64,000 bases of DNA from Ancylonema sp. Its lineage: Eukaryota. The notes under the pieces were generated by a model. The model saw only the letters and a list, made by a program, of their open reading frames with translations, was not told the origin of the DNA and did no database searches. Positions 24,857 through 37,600 of this stretch are shown piece by piece (position 1 is the stretch's first letter; each line of letters begins with the position of its first letter). The translations under genes and the position numbers were made by a program. The stretch covers positions 1-64,000 of the forward strand of contig JBFLGF010000066.1 of assembly GCA_050230475.1 (NCBI GenBank), in the 5' to 3' direction.

Positions 24857-26846
24857 TTCGTCACCCCCACCGATTTTCCACTGAATTCCGTGCTGTGCAT
24901 GAGAGTGAGAATGGGCGTGTGAATAACGCTATCCCGGGTCCGTTAGATATTACCCAACTAACCAATTTCTACGGCATTGCTGGGACTCCATCACATAAAC
25001 GCTTACAGTTTTTGAAGTGACACACAAAACTCAATTGACATCTTGATTCCATTTGTACACACACATTACGAAAGTGTCACAACCACGTTATATCTCGTTA
25101 CACAGAACACGATTTTGTACTGTATAACACAAGCCGCCCTAGAACCAAACGCCATTACCCTAAATTGTCGTCTAGCAATCGCACAAATACTCGTCCAAGT
25201 AATACGCACGCGTAAGGCAAATACAACTACGTATTGCTAACTCACGTAATCATGACTATTATCTAGTCTATACATCAAATGTACAATACTGACAAATGTG
25301 CGCGCGTGCAACATCACGCACCGCCAACTACGGGTTTGCCCGGATTTCCCTAAATCCCTACGACATTAGCAAACCCACTATGTCGTGAAACCACTTGCGC
25401 CACTACCGCCTCCATCGGTTCTTGATTGCAACCGGCGACGCAACTACCCTATATGAATACGATCATGTATGGACCGACACCTGTGTAAACACGTTCTGCA
25501 CTGTCGTTGTGAATGATCCGTGTAAGAGGACATGTGCGAATGTGTGTGTGGTAATAGTGCTTTAAGTATTGATTCGGCTATTTCTTTTATCTCTTGCAAA
25601 ACTATCGCCCTTTTGATGGCATGATCTAGACGCTCAATTACTTAAAGCCTACGCTAATGTCTCGTAGACACAATGCGTTTATCGCGGAGCACCCATGAAT
25701 GGTTCTGAACTTGCATTCTATGATGTACCATTGAGACCTTGGTCCCCCAAAGGTGAAACGTCTCAAGATTCTCAGCGAGTTATTTACAAAGACTTCCAAG
25801 CCATTTGGGATTATTATTCCCCTATCACTATCAGTTCAGTGACTGATCAAAGAAATCGAGAAGGCAAGTAGAGAGAGATTTTTGATGCTCTTCCTCTTGA
25901 GTTTTCTGACGCTCCTCTTGTTCAGACTCTTAACCCATTCGTGTTGGCGATGAACATCATTCAACGTTATTCTAGGGGCGACGGGTCGGCCTCATTCGTA
26001 ACACGAGGGCGTGGTATCAACAAATGTTACGGGACCCACATGAGCATCAACTCGAAGGATTCTGACAATGGCATTTTTTTGGATTAGCATAATAATAAGT
26101 ACGCTTTAATAATCCCTTAGTCCCTTAATCCCCTAGTCCTTCATCTCTGCACAATATGGTCAGTCGAAACTGCATGTGGGAAAAAGTCCAACGACATGAC
26201 AAACGAAATTCCCGTACTCGAGGAACCTAATGTCAGTCTTCCCGCTTCACTAGCACATCTGACCTAGCAAACGTGCCTGTAACGAGAATACACGTTACAG
26301 ACGAATACAAGTTATTGGCACATATATCCCATGTCTCAGAGGTGTGCCTATAACATGATTGTACCGATGAATGCAAAATGCAATCTGTACGTACCCGCTC
26401 AAAATGGTCCAGATGGCAACGGGACTTGCTGCAGCACAAGTACACGAAGTTGAAGTGCAGCCTATTCAAACAGACGACCAGGATACATCCTCTGTGCCAG
26501 CATGGACCTACGCCTACTCGATGCAGCTACGGAAATTCATGTTATTCAACCTTGGCTTGTGTATGGTCGCATTTCTTTAAATTTCGTAATTCGCACGTGC
26601 AGTATGGCCGTCCGATCGATGACAAAATTTTGGGAAAACGGCATCGTGTACCTTCATCGTACGGTTGCCACTGGGCTGTACTGTCTAGAATTCAGATGAT
26701 CGTACGGAGGAGGTCTTCCGAGTCCCCTCTGGGAGGAGTGATCGTCAGCTGCCCCTGAAAGCTAAACTTGGTCAGGGCGCCGTGACTCCTAAATGAAAGA
26801 ACAGTGACATTTCCACGCCTGGCCTCTCTCTTCGTGGTTTCTACAC

Positions 26847-29228
26847 ATGAGTGACTGCACCAATATGGACCATCCGCCTTCTGAAGAAATTAGTGCTCCT
26901 ATAAGTGGAGAGCAGCCATCAGCCCCCGACATAATCACCGCCCCCGACGTCGACATTTCAGCGATGGTTAGAGGAGAAGGCGCTCAAGTGTCAGACTCTT
27001 CGCCTGTCCTCCCTGACTCTAGCATACCAGGAGATGGAGGTGGTGCCATCGCAGCGGATTTCGCGGCACCTCCGGCGCCTGTGGAGGGCAATCATGATTC
27101 GCTCCTGAAGGGAAATGAGATTGCAGTATCGGTTCACCCAGCTTCTGAAGATGGAATACTTGCCGCTCATGAGCCAGAAGCGGGCAACGGGCACGAGGGG
27201 CAGAGAGGGGAAGGTGGGGACGAAGGGGGAGATGGCGTGGAAGCGGGTGGGGAGGAGGGGGAGGAGAAGGGCTATGACAATAGGCCTGCATTCTCTTCGC
27301 GGGCTTCTCTTTTGGCGGACGGTGTCATGTGCCAGGTAAGAAACTCTGGTGGTGTCGAGATGGATCGCTCATTCGTAAGTTTCAGCGACCATCTGATGGA
27401 GCTGCCGGACAATCGGACGAGAAACGAGTGAAGAGTCGGACCTAAGTGTTTATCATCAACATTCGAAAATTTGACTGTATTTTTTGTTTCTTTTCGTATT
27501 TTCCTTTTCTCCTCAACATCAAAAATAGTGTTCCTAGCTCGTCGGCTGTTCGGGCTGATCGCGATTTAGTGATTATGAGTATCTGGTACTTCAGAGTCTA
27601 CTAGGAAGAGTCATATTTCTGAAGTCGCGTGGCGCTCGACCAATACCTGCATCCTTGGACATCTGTCTTCCGAACTCTGGGGATCTCAGCCGAGCATCTA
27701 GGAGCCCTGCGATACTAGAAAACATTTTCACGTGTACATGGAACTAAGTCGAGGCAAACGGTTGGTATATCGAATAAACGGTTGGTATACCGAATAAACT
27801 TATTTCATGCCAGCTGGCCAAGCTGGACACCTGTTTATGAGAGAAGGAGGTCAGAATTGTGGGCCTTGACGTCTGTTCAATACCTGAATAGCCTCTTGTT
27901 CTACTTTTCCGTCGTCACATCTCTTGACCGGTTCGGTACCGCAGCCAGAATGCGTTGGGATCTGGGCAGCCTTGTCTATAATGCTGCTCTGATACATGCA
28001 CTCCATTGACTCAGCATGTCGGTGCTGTATTAAGCACAGGGAAACGGGCATCAATTTCCGTCTCCATACCTCTCGGCAACATTGAGAAGCGAATCGACTT
28101 CAGGAAACAATTCAGGGATCTGATTTCGATCACTCCAAACTTCTGCTGACGTGGCATCATCCCGTCCTGCCTCGCTGTCGCCAGGTGGACGTCTGTCGCG
28201 TGGACCTCTCTCAGTGCAAGGAGTACTACCGCCGCCACCGCGTGTGCGAGATGCACGCCAAAGCCAGCCAGGTGATGCTGTCCAACGACATGCAGCGCTT
28301 CTGCCAGCAATGCAGTCGCTTCCACTCCTTGGACGCGTTCGACGACGGGAAACGAAGCTGCCGACGCCGCCTCATTGGCCACAACAAGAGGAGGCGGAAG
28401 GGGCCGGGGGATGCCCTCATGCCTTTCCCCGACGGTGGCAAGGCACACGGTCCGACTCTTCTCCCTCCTCCCATCCCTCCCATCCTCCAAACTCCCATCC
28501 CCTGGAATCTATAATGACCGCTTCCCCCCTACCATGCCAGGTGGCGCGGGTGGGTTGGAGGAAATCGAATCTGCCGAGAAAAGAGCGCGGCTCATACTGG
28601 CCGAAGGGGGGATGGGGGGACCCCTACCATATGGCGCAGGGGGGGGGGGGGGCATGTATCCGGGGGTGCCAAGGGGTCCCTACGCAGGGGGTGTGACTAT
28701 AGACCGGGGGAAAGGGTCCTCGGTCACTCTCACTCCGGCAGAAATGGCTCTACTTCTGCCGCATCGATTTGGGGTGACAGGACCCTATGTCAACTCAGCA
28801 GCCGCCCCAGCTGCAGCCAGCCAGGCCATCCCCGTAGACCACATCCTCCGTCAGATACCCAGCAACGCCTTGCTTCACATGCTGGCAGGGGGTGCCAGGC
28901 TGCCAGGTGGCATTGTCCTGGACTCCTCTGTCCCAGGGCTGCTGGAGCAGGTGACGCAGGCAGGACTAGGCCCCCCCTCTGACGCGGAAGCACTGAGGTG
29001 GGGCCAGCCAGGTCAGCAGCTGCCTTGGAATCCGGAGGAGAGGGGGGGGGGGGGGAGTGGGCTCTCCCTAGGCCGCCCCCCCCAACCCATGGGCGTGCTG
29101 GGGGTAGCGCCCAGAACGGACCTGTCGCTGCAGCTCAGTCCCACCAGTCAGAGGGAGGCAGAGGGGGGCAATGTGGGGGAGCAGGCTGGGCAGGAAGGGG
29201 GAGGCGGGGAGGAAGGATTGGGTGGAGG
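26847..29228 (+). CDS. SBP-box (SPL) transcription factor, 3' end lost at the gap; exons 26847-27335, 28185-28434, 28541->29228
   Basis: [64 protein letters not shown]; splice phases are consistent; EAR-like DLSLQL. Confidence 0.9.
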
Positions 29229-29229
29229 N
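29229..29229. other. Assembly gap (single N)
   Basis: The N separates two unrelated convergent ORFs that are both open at this point. Confidence 0.9.
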
Positions 29230-30767
29230 ACTGGACACCCCGACACCGTTTTCACACTCCCCTCGTGGCCCTTTAGCCGCACCAGGAGCGCCTCCCGCTC
29301 CGTGTCCACCACACTGATCTGCACCCACCCGGGTACCCGTCTCGTCAGCTGTGTGGACGCCAGCTGGCATGGTGACACCTCATCACCGGTAGCCATGTGA
29401 GCACCTGCTGATCCCCGCTGGCTACGCATAGTCTCGAGTCGTCCTGATTCCCCACCCTCCCATCCCCGCCACCGTGAGCTGACATTGTCATCGATACAAT
29501 CTATCATCTGACATCATCACCTGACGTCACCATTCATACAACCCGTCATCATCATCACTGTCATCATCGTCATCATCATCTTACATCACCTCTCCCATCA
29601 CCCTCTCTCGAATTTTTCGTCTGGATTATAAACAGATGACGTCACCCGGCTGCCTGGCTGACATCACCCAGTCCTACCGCACCATAATACAGATGACGGA
29701 TACAAATCGAATCAATGCAGATGGCAGAATGCCCGCCCACCTCACTCCAAGCCAAGTCAAAGATGGCGTTCTGGTGAAGGTGCACTCTCACGATGTACCA
29801 CGGGCCTATTGCCCCCAAAATCCACCCCTTACGGCTCAGCACACGAAACCAGGCCCCTCCCAGACAGTGTCAACATGAATGCAAAGACTTCTCCCACTTT
29901 AAGTTTCCTATTTGGCTCTTTCTGCGTGTCTTCATAAACAAACATTGGAAGAAAGGAGGAGAAGGTAGATGGGGCAGGCTGGCGATGATAATCTTAATGT
30001 TAACTGAATGAGTCATGAAGGGTGTGCGATAAGAAACAGTACATCGCGCCCTGTTGCTGTACCTTCGTATAAGGTACTGTTTCTGCTCGTGTCCAGCAAG
30101 GTACACTTCCCTTGCTCGTCACCAACAGCCAATATCTGCCGCCCTGACCTACCCTGTGCCAGGGGTAAGGGGAGGAAGAAAAAGGTAAGATATAAGAGAA
30201 GGTTTGAAAGAATTCAAAGTTGGAGGAACAACAGATGGGAACCAATGAAGCATCGCCCTGTAAAAGTGTATGATAAGATGCATTTAGTATGTAAAATAGG
30301 AATGATATGTGATAAATATAAAATACATAAAATAAATAAATTATTCAAAGCTGCACTGCACATGGAATGAGTATGATGTTGACTTCTTATGGGAGTGGCT
30401 GACTGCTCTGTGATGAAGTGTGAATTGAGCGGAGTGAGGTTCAATCCGCTCAATTCACACACGCTTTACAGCTATACTCGCTTCGCCACCTGGCGCCACC
30501 TGGCGCGACCCGTTGTGAGTCACTACAAGGCCAGAAAAATTACGAGTCGCTTTGTCCGACTGTCGGATCCTTTGGTGACCGGCTTACGTTGTTGAATGCG
30601 AGGGCCAGTGGCGGGTTGTCTTGAGATTCGAGACTGGTCGGGTAGGAGCCGCAGCCAGAGGAGACAGGTGTGAATGCGGAAGAAAACTGGGAGGGATGCA
30701 CATTCGCTCGGACTGCCACAGGACAGCAACGAAAACGTGATTGGTATGGTTTGAGAAAGCGGCGGCG

Positions 30768-30815
<48 letters not shown>

Positions 30816-31201
30816 TGTGTGACTAGGATATCACGATTGACCACTCTCGATACTGAATAGGAGCAGGTGTAATCGCAGTCGTTTTATAGGGTGGCTTTAT
30901 TGGAGATAGTGCCTCGCGATGCGGGGAATGGGCGGCAACTGCTAGACCTTGTGTATAAAAAAAAAACAGTGAACCTACAAACATTTTGATTTGAAATGCG
31001 AAGAGACTTGAGTGCAATAAAAAATTGGCTGCCGATCTTATTCTGAGGGATAATTACAGAGGCTCACATAGATATGTAGGACAGGCCAGGAAATCAGCAG
31101 TCTGGTTTGAAATCCTCCCAGCGGAGGCGAACCATCTACTCACCTTTGAGACCCTGCCGCTCCCGCTCAAGTAGCCCTGCCAGCACGCCGCTCCCTCGCA
31201 T
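29230..31201 (-). CDS. DTL: Denticleless/CDT2-like WD40 protein, 5' part only
   Basis: Exon 31144-31201 MRGSGVLAGLLERERQGLK, then NPPLALAFNN, ILAVGDEQGKCTLLDT, HQNAIFDLAWSE, LCVASGDQQ and LKGHEGSVKTV; ends at the N. Confidence 0.78.
30771..30812. repeat. (GT)21 microsatellite; a second copy, (GT)15, at 33156-33185
   Basis: Read directly; marks the breakpoint of the 2373-bp duplication. Confidence 0.92.
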
Positions 31202-32268
31202 GCTCGAACAACTATAGCACTTCTGCACTTCGATTGCGGCTCACCAGACACACGGGCATATACTTCTGGCAGTAGGTGTGTCGACTCCCACTAGGAACCA
31301 GAACGGAGAGTGAAGCCTACAGAAGCCAAAGCGATAGTTTCGCACAGAGACACATTCCTGGATTTGCGGGGTCAGAAATTTTCAAACGAATTTATTTTCC
31401 TACAGCGAAGTGGTGACCTCGATAAAGTCTACATGTGGCACGGCCAACCGTGAAGCTGCAGTTCAGACGAGCCCCAATTATTGTGTGTCTATCAAGCGGA
31501 TTTTGACAGCATGGGATGTTACACCTCATATAATTCATTCATCTATCATTCATAAGTGCACTGAGTTTTTACGAGGGCATGTAAAGCTATGGCATCTGAA
31601 GGATGTGAAGTTGACGAAGATTGGAACCAGCTTGCCACTCAGACTGCCGTGCCGTAAGTCTATGGAGGATGTGCCGAGTAGTAGTTGCAAATGAAGCATT
31701 TTTCTTGAAGCGCGGGTCAATGTTGGCGCCAAAATAAATACAGGAGGGGAGGTTCAAATTTGTACGCCACCTAAAGCTGTTAAAACATCTGCGCCGTCGA
31801 TATTTCTATGGATCTCCATTGACGACACCCAGCCTACTTTTGCGCAGAGGATACCCCGCATACGCCGCATCGGGCGCCTACAAATGTTCCTCGAACGAGA
31901 CAAGACAATGGCGCAACCACACAGGGAGCGGCGCAAGACAATGGCGCAAGCAACGAATTTTGGCGGGCTTCTGATCCAGTTTTCCCAGACTAAAATTCCA
32001 CGTCGAGTTTGGATGATTCTTTCAGACATCGTCTACGCAATGCAAGTCTCGAACGAATAAAATGCCGATAGGATCTGTGTATATCTGGTTCCCTTTCATT
32101 TTCTCTCAGGACATTCACCAAGAAGAAACGTAGACACTGCGCGCATGCTGCATCCTATCAAGGTCTATCCGGCGAGCTTAATTTTACCAGCTCAGAATAT
32201 ATCCCAAAACTCCCACTTTTAAGCTGTTGGCCAAAATTTGACGCCACTGCGACTCGATCGCCTCCAGC
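31202..32268. promoter_or_regulatory. Bidirectional DTL/AIR9 promoter with E2F-like and CHR-like sites
   Basis: Divergent ATGs; TTTTGGCGC on the minus strand (31726-31734), TTTTGGCGGG (31958-31967), TTCAAA near 31381 and 31753. Confidence 0.45.
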
Positions 32269-33153
32269 ATGAGTACTGCCTCGGAGTCTCGTCCGACTCC
32301 AGATAGGAACAGTACGCCGAAGCGGCGGCCTCCAGCTAGCACGAAAGATTATAATGGCGTCAAACCTCACTCCCCTGCCTCAACATTGCCGTCTACACCT
32401 GCACTCCCCCCGAGCGCAAAAAGATCCCAGTCTCCCAAGATCTTTCAAAAAAAAAATGCCGTCATGAAGAGTGTCCTTCTGTCAAATTCTCCTCCCATCT
32501 CTCAACCTGACTCAACACTTGCAACCACTGCCTCCACGCCCAATGAGACGGAGAATGGAAAGTCTGGCAGCCCTAGCAGCGCATCTGCACGCAAAGGCAG
32601 CCCGAGCAGGAAGAGTCCGATCCCAAGCCCAGTGGACAAGCAGGTCACACGGCGTCGCTCCATGACGACAGGTGGCAAAGAAGGGAGGCCGATCGCGGGA
32701 CCTGACTACCGCGGCTATGACGAAACTGTGAGGCCCGTTACGCATATACAGATACGAGTATGTAGACAGCAGAGACCTTGTGAAGATGATACACTCTGGT
32801 CACAGCAACTGGCGCACACACAAGCATGATGTGCAATGCACAGAAACTTACCGCATAATGGCAAGCGGATCGCCTCGGTGTGGACATTTCGAATCTACTC
32901 ATAGAAATGTTACTCGGGCAAATGGGGTCTACTTATAACTGAATCATTGAGTAATTCCAGTGGCTATATTGGCTCACTGTCAAAATCGCAATATTATCTT
33001 TGGTAGTAACTCAAACCTACTCTATAGGTGTACATCTCCCCCAGCACAGGCCCAGCCGGCACTCGAAAGCCTGTGTACAGCAAGGTTGAATTTGGTTGCA
33101 ATTGGACTGTGCAGAAAATAATTCGGACAATCGAAAAGATGGATACCCATACA

Positions 33154-33155
<2 letters not shown>
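32269..33155 (+). pseudogene. Truncated 5' copy of AIR9
   Basis: Same first exons as 34642 onward; ends at the junction inside an intron. Confidence 0.75.
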
Positions 33156-33188
<33 letters not shown>

Positions 33189-33516
33189 TGTGTGACTAGG
33201 ATATCACGATTGACCACTCTCGATACTGAATAGGAGCAGGTGTAATCGCAGTCGTTTTATAGGGTGGCTTTATTGGAGATAGTGCCTCGCGATGCGGGGA
33301 ATGGGCGGCAACTGCTAGACCTTGTGTATAAAAAAAAAACAGTGAACCTACAAACATTTTGATTTGAAATGCGAAGAGACTTGAGTGCAATAAAAAATTG
33401 GCTGCCGATCTTATTCTGAGGGATAATTACAGAGGCTCACATAGATATGTAGGACAGGCCAGGAAATCAGCAGTCTGGTTTGAAATCCTCCCAGCGGAGG
33501 CGAACCATCTACTCAC

Positions 33517-33574
33517 CTTTGAGACCCTGCCGCTCCCGCTCAAGTAGCCCTGCCAGCACGCCGCTCCCTCGCAT
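33517..33574 (-). pseudogene. Orphan duplicate of DTL exon 1
   Basis: Copy of 31144-31201 at offset 2373. Confidence 0.65.
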
Positions 33575-34641
33575 GCTCGAACAACTATAGCACTTCTGCA
33601 CTTCGATTGCGGCTCACCAGACACACGGGCATATACTTCTGGCAGTAGGTGTGTCGACTCCCACTAGGAACCAGAACGGAGAGTGAAGCCTACAGAAGCC
33701 AAAGCGATAGTTTCGCACAGAGACACATTCCTGGATTTGCGGGGTCAGAAATTTTCAAACGAATTTATTTTCCTACAGCGAAGTGGTGACCTCGATAAAG
33801 TCTACATGTGGCACGGCCAACCGTGAAGCTGCAGTTCAGACGAGCCCCAATTATTGTGTGTCTATCAAGCGGATTTTGACAGCATGGGATGTTACACCTC
33901 ATATAATTCATTCATCTATCATTCATAAGTGCACTGAGTTTTTACGAGGGCATGTAAAGCTATGGCATCTGAAGGATGTGAAGTTGACGAAGATTGGAAC
34001 CAGCTTGCCACTCAGACTGCCGTGCCGTAAGTCTATGGAGGATGTGCCGAGTAGTAGTTGCAAATGAAGCATTTTTCTTGAAGCGCGGGTCAATGTTGGC
34101 GCCAAAATAAATACAGGAGGGGAGGTTCAAATTTGTACGCCACCTAAAGCTGTTAAAACATCTGCGCCGTCGATATTTCTATGGATCTCCATTGACGACA
34201 CCCAGCCTACTTTTGCGCAGAGGATACCCCGCATACGCCGCATCGGGCGCCTACAAATGTTCCTCGAACGAGACAAGACAATGGCGCAACCACACAGGGA
34301 GCGGCGCAAGACAATGGCGCAAGCAACGAATTTTGGCGGGCTTCTGATCCAGTTTTCCCAGACTAAAATTCCACGTCGAGTTTGGATGATTCTTTCAGAC
34401 ATCGTCTACGCAATGCAAGTCTCGAACGAATAAAATGCCGATAGGATCTGTGTATATCTGGTTCCCTTTCATTTTCTCTCAGGACATTCACCAAGAAGAA
34501 ACGTAGACACTGCGCGCATGCTGCATCCTATCAAGGTCTATCCGGCGAGCTTAATTTTACCAGCTCAGAATATATCCCAAAACTCCCACTTTTAAGCTGT
34601 TGGCCAAAATTTGACGCCACTGCGACTCGATCGCCTCCAGC

Positions 34642-37600
34642 ATGAGTACTGCCTCGGTGTCTCGTCCGACTCCAGATAGGAACAGTACGCCGAAGCGGCG
34701 GCCTCCAGCTAGCACGAAAGATTATAATGGCGTCAAACCTCACTCCCCTGCCTCAACATTGCCGTCTACACCTGCACTCCCCCCGAGCGCAAAAAGATCC
34801 CAGTCTCCCAAGATCTTTCAAAAAAAAAATGCCGTCATGAAGAGTGTCCTTCTGTCAAATTCTCCTCCCATCTCTCAACCTGACTCAACACTTGCAACCA
34901 CTGCCTCCACGCCCAATGAGACGGAGAATGGAAAGTCTGGCAGCCCTAGCAGCGCATCTGCACGCAAAGGCAGCCCGAGCAGGAAGAGTCCGATCCCAAG
35001 CCCAGTGGACAAGCAGGTCACACGGCGTCGCTCCATGACGACAGGTGGCAAAGAAGGGAGGCCGATCGCGGGACCTGACTACCGCGGCTATGACGAAACT
35101 GTGAGGCCCGTTACGCATATACAGATACGAGTATGTAGACAGCAGAGACCTTGTGAAGATGATACACTCTGGTCACAGCAACTGGCGCACACACAAGCAT
35201 GATGTGCAATGCACAGAAACTTACCGCATAATGGCAAGCGGATCGCCTCGGTGTGGACATTTCGAATCTACTCATAGAAATGTTACTCGGGCAAATGGGG
35301 TCTACTTATAACTGAATCATTGAGTAATTCCAGTGGCTATATTGGCTCACTGTCAAAATCGCAATATTATCTTTGGTAGTAACTCAAACCTACTCTATAG
35401 GTGTACATCTCCCCCAGCACAGGCCCAGCCGGCACTCGAAAGCCTGTGTACAGCAAGGTTGAATTTGGTTGCAATTGGACTGTGCAGAAAATAATTCGGA
35501 CAATCGAAAAGATGGATACCCATACATACCTATGCTCTCTCAAGAATTTCCATGATTCACGTACCTCTTTATACGTGAAGATTGAGGGCACTTTGGAAAC
35601 CCCGTGTAGTTTGGTCTGCAGTAAGTGAGTGGTTGTAACATCTGCATTCGGATAGCTGAGTCTGGCACCATTCACCTCAGAGGCCCAGCTTACATCCCCC
35701 TCCCTCTCACAGGCGTTTTGTAAACACTGTTTACATTACCTGGTGTGCTCATTATCTTGTCTCTATCGATGACCCCGCAAACCCCATTCACACCCTCAAA
35801 CTGGATGTTTGCCTCCTGCTGACTCATTCGTCAGGGCATCCGTGCGTGTTCGCACATGTGTTTATGTTCACATTGACGTTGGTGCAGAAGCTGGACCTGA
35901 GAGCGCAAATGATACGAAGTCTGCACTCGGATCTCGTGCATTTTACGCCCACACTGGAGGTCGCTCTCACCCCCCTAGATCCTTCGAGACCATTCACATT
36001 TGCCTCTGAATCTCTAAAAATCCCTCTGGCGGCGAAAGCCTATTTTACCTATTCTGCCACCCTTTCTGCCGCACCATGCTTCTGCTTCTGCCAGAAACAC
36101 ATGCACTACCTAAGTATCAGATCAAGTCGCCCTCTCTCGCGCGTTTCCGTGCGCAGAGACAATAGACTGGATCCACAACACAACCAGTCCTCACCCAATC
36201 ACATGACGCCACCTGGACCCTCCTGCCTCTATTTTCGCAGTTTGTGTACTTACGGGACAACCGGCTGTCGTCGCTCGATGGTTTGGAGCTCCTGAAGAGG
36301 GTGAAGGTACTTTCGGTCAACCATAATGAGTATCCTACTTGTGCACTCGTACAGTCACTAACTGTATCCCACCCTTACAGTCACCATCACCAAAACCATC
36401 ATCTCCGTCAACCCCCCTCGAAAGAACGAGCATGTGCACGATAAACCCCGATCTGTACTTCCTTTTTGCCAGTCGCTAACCGTACACGACACATGGGGCA
36501 CCAGCGGCAATGAGAACCGTACGGGTATCGCATATTCCGCGAGGACCGCACAACCCCGGGTCTGACCGTGGGATGGGATGGGGTGGGATGGGATGTCAGG
36601 TGCTGGACCTGAGTTTCAATGACCTCAGAGGAGCGAACCTTGGTCCTCTGGGCTCTTGCAAAACGCTGCAGGTGAGGCTCGGGTTCAGTCCGGTTACCCA
36701 TCCGCTGCCCCATCCCCAAGGCGCTCAGCGATGAGTCATGTGTTGGGCTGGGGGGGGCTGGGGGTGCAGCAACTGTACCTGGGTGGGAACAGGCTGCAGT
36801 CTCTGGAGAACCTGCCTCGCCTGCCAAACCTGGAGGTGCCGCATTTCGCCTCTCTTATACCCCAACCCTGCTCTCGATTTCCGATCGTTAATAGCCACAA
36901 CCCCCCTCCTCTCGCATCTCTTTGTTACAGTTCTTGTCGGTGGCTCAGAACGAGCTGCCGAATCTGTCCATGGCTTCCCAACCCAAGCTGCAGGTACACC
37001 TCCTCCCCTTCTCCCTCTCCGTATAGGCACTAGAAACAGAGCAGAGGGGCGGTTCTGGGGGCACAGGTCCTGGTCGCGAATAAGAACAAGATCGCCACGT
37101 GGGAACACTTCCCCCTCCTTCCGGCTCTCGAGGTACAGACTCTCGCTTCTCTGCTGGGGATGCCGGAGGACAGGAGTCTGTGTGATGACGTGGCTCCTTG
37201 TCGCGGTGCCACCTGACAGAACCTGCGCATCGACGACAACCCCATCGAGAGCAAGCCGTACTTGGAGGCTGGAGTGGTGGTGGTGGTGGGACCCACGCTG
37301 CAGAAACTGAACGATGGAGGTCGGCAATTACCCCTCCCCCACCCCCACCTCTTACCCTTCTCCTTCCCCATCTGCCCCCTCTTCCTGACACATCACCCCA
37401 CAGGACAAGTGACTCGTCCTGAAGCCCTAAACCCCTTAACCCTAAACCCTAAACCCCTCAGCGACTGAATGTGCGCAGATGTGGGGGAGAGGGAGCTGGA
37501 AGCGGCAGGGAGATATCCGGGTCACACTGCCATGTGTATGCGCAGCGGGTGGGATCTGAGTTCACCCGAGGAAGCCGAGGGTGAGGGACGGGGCCCGGCT

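Larger units (their letters stand above)
30783..35528. repeat. Tandem duplication of 2373 bp (DTL exon 1 + shared promoter + AIR9 first exons)
   Basis: Copy A 30783-33155, copy B 33156-35528; only one difference noticed (32285 A vs 34658 T). Confidence 0.93.
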
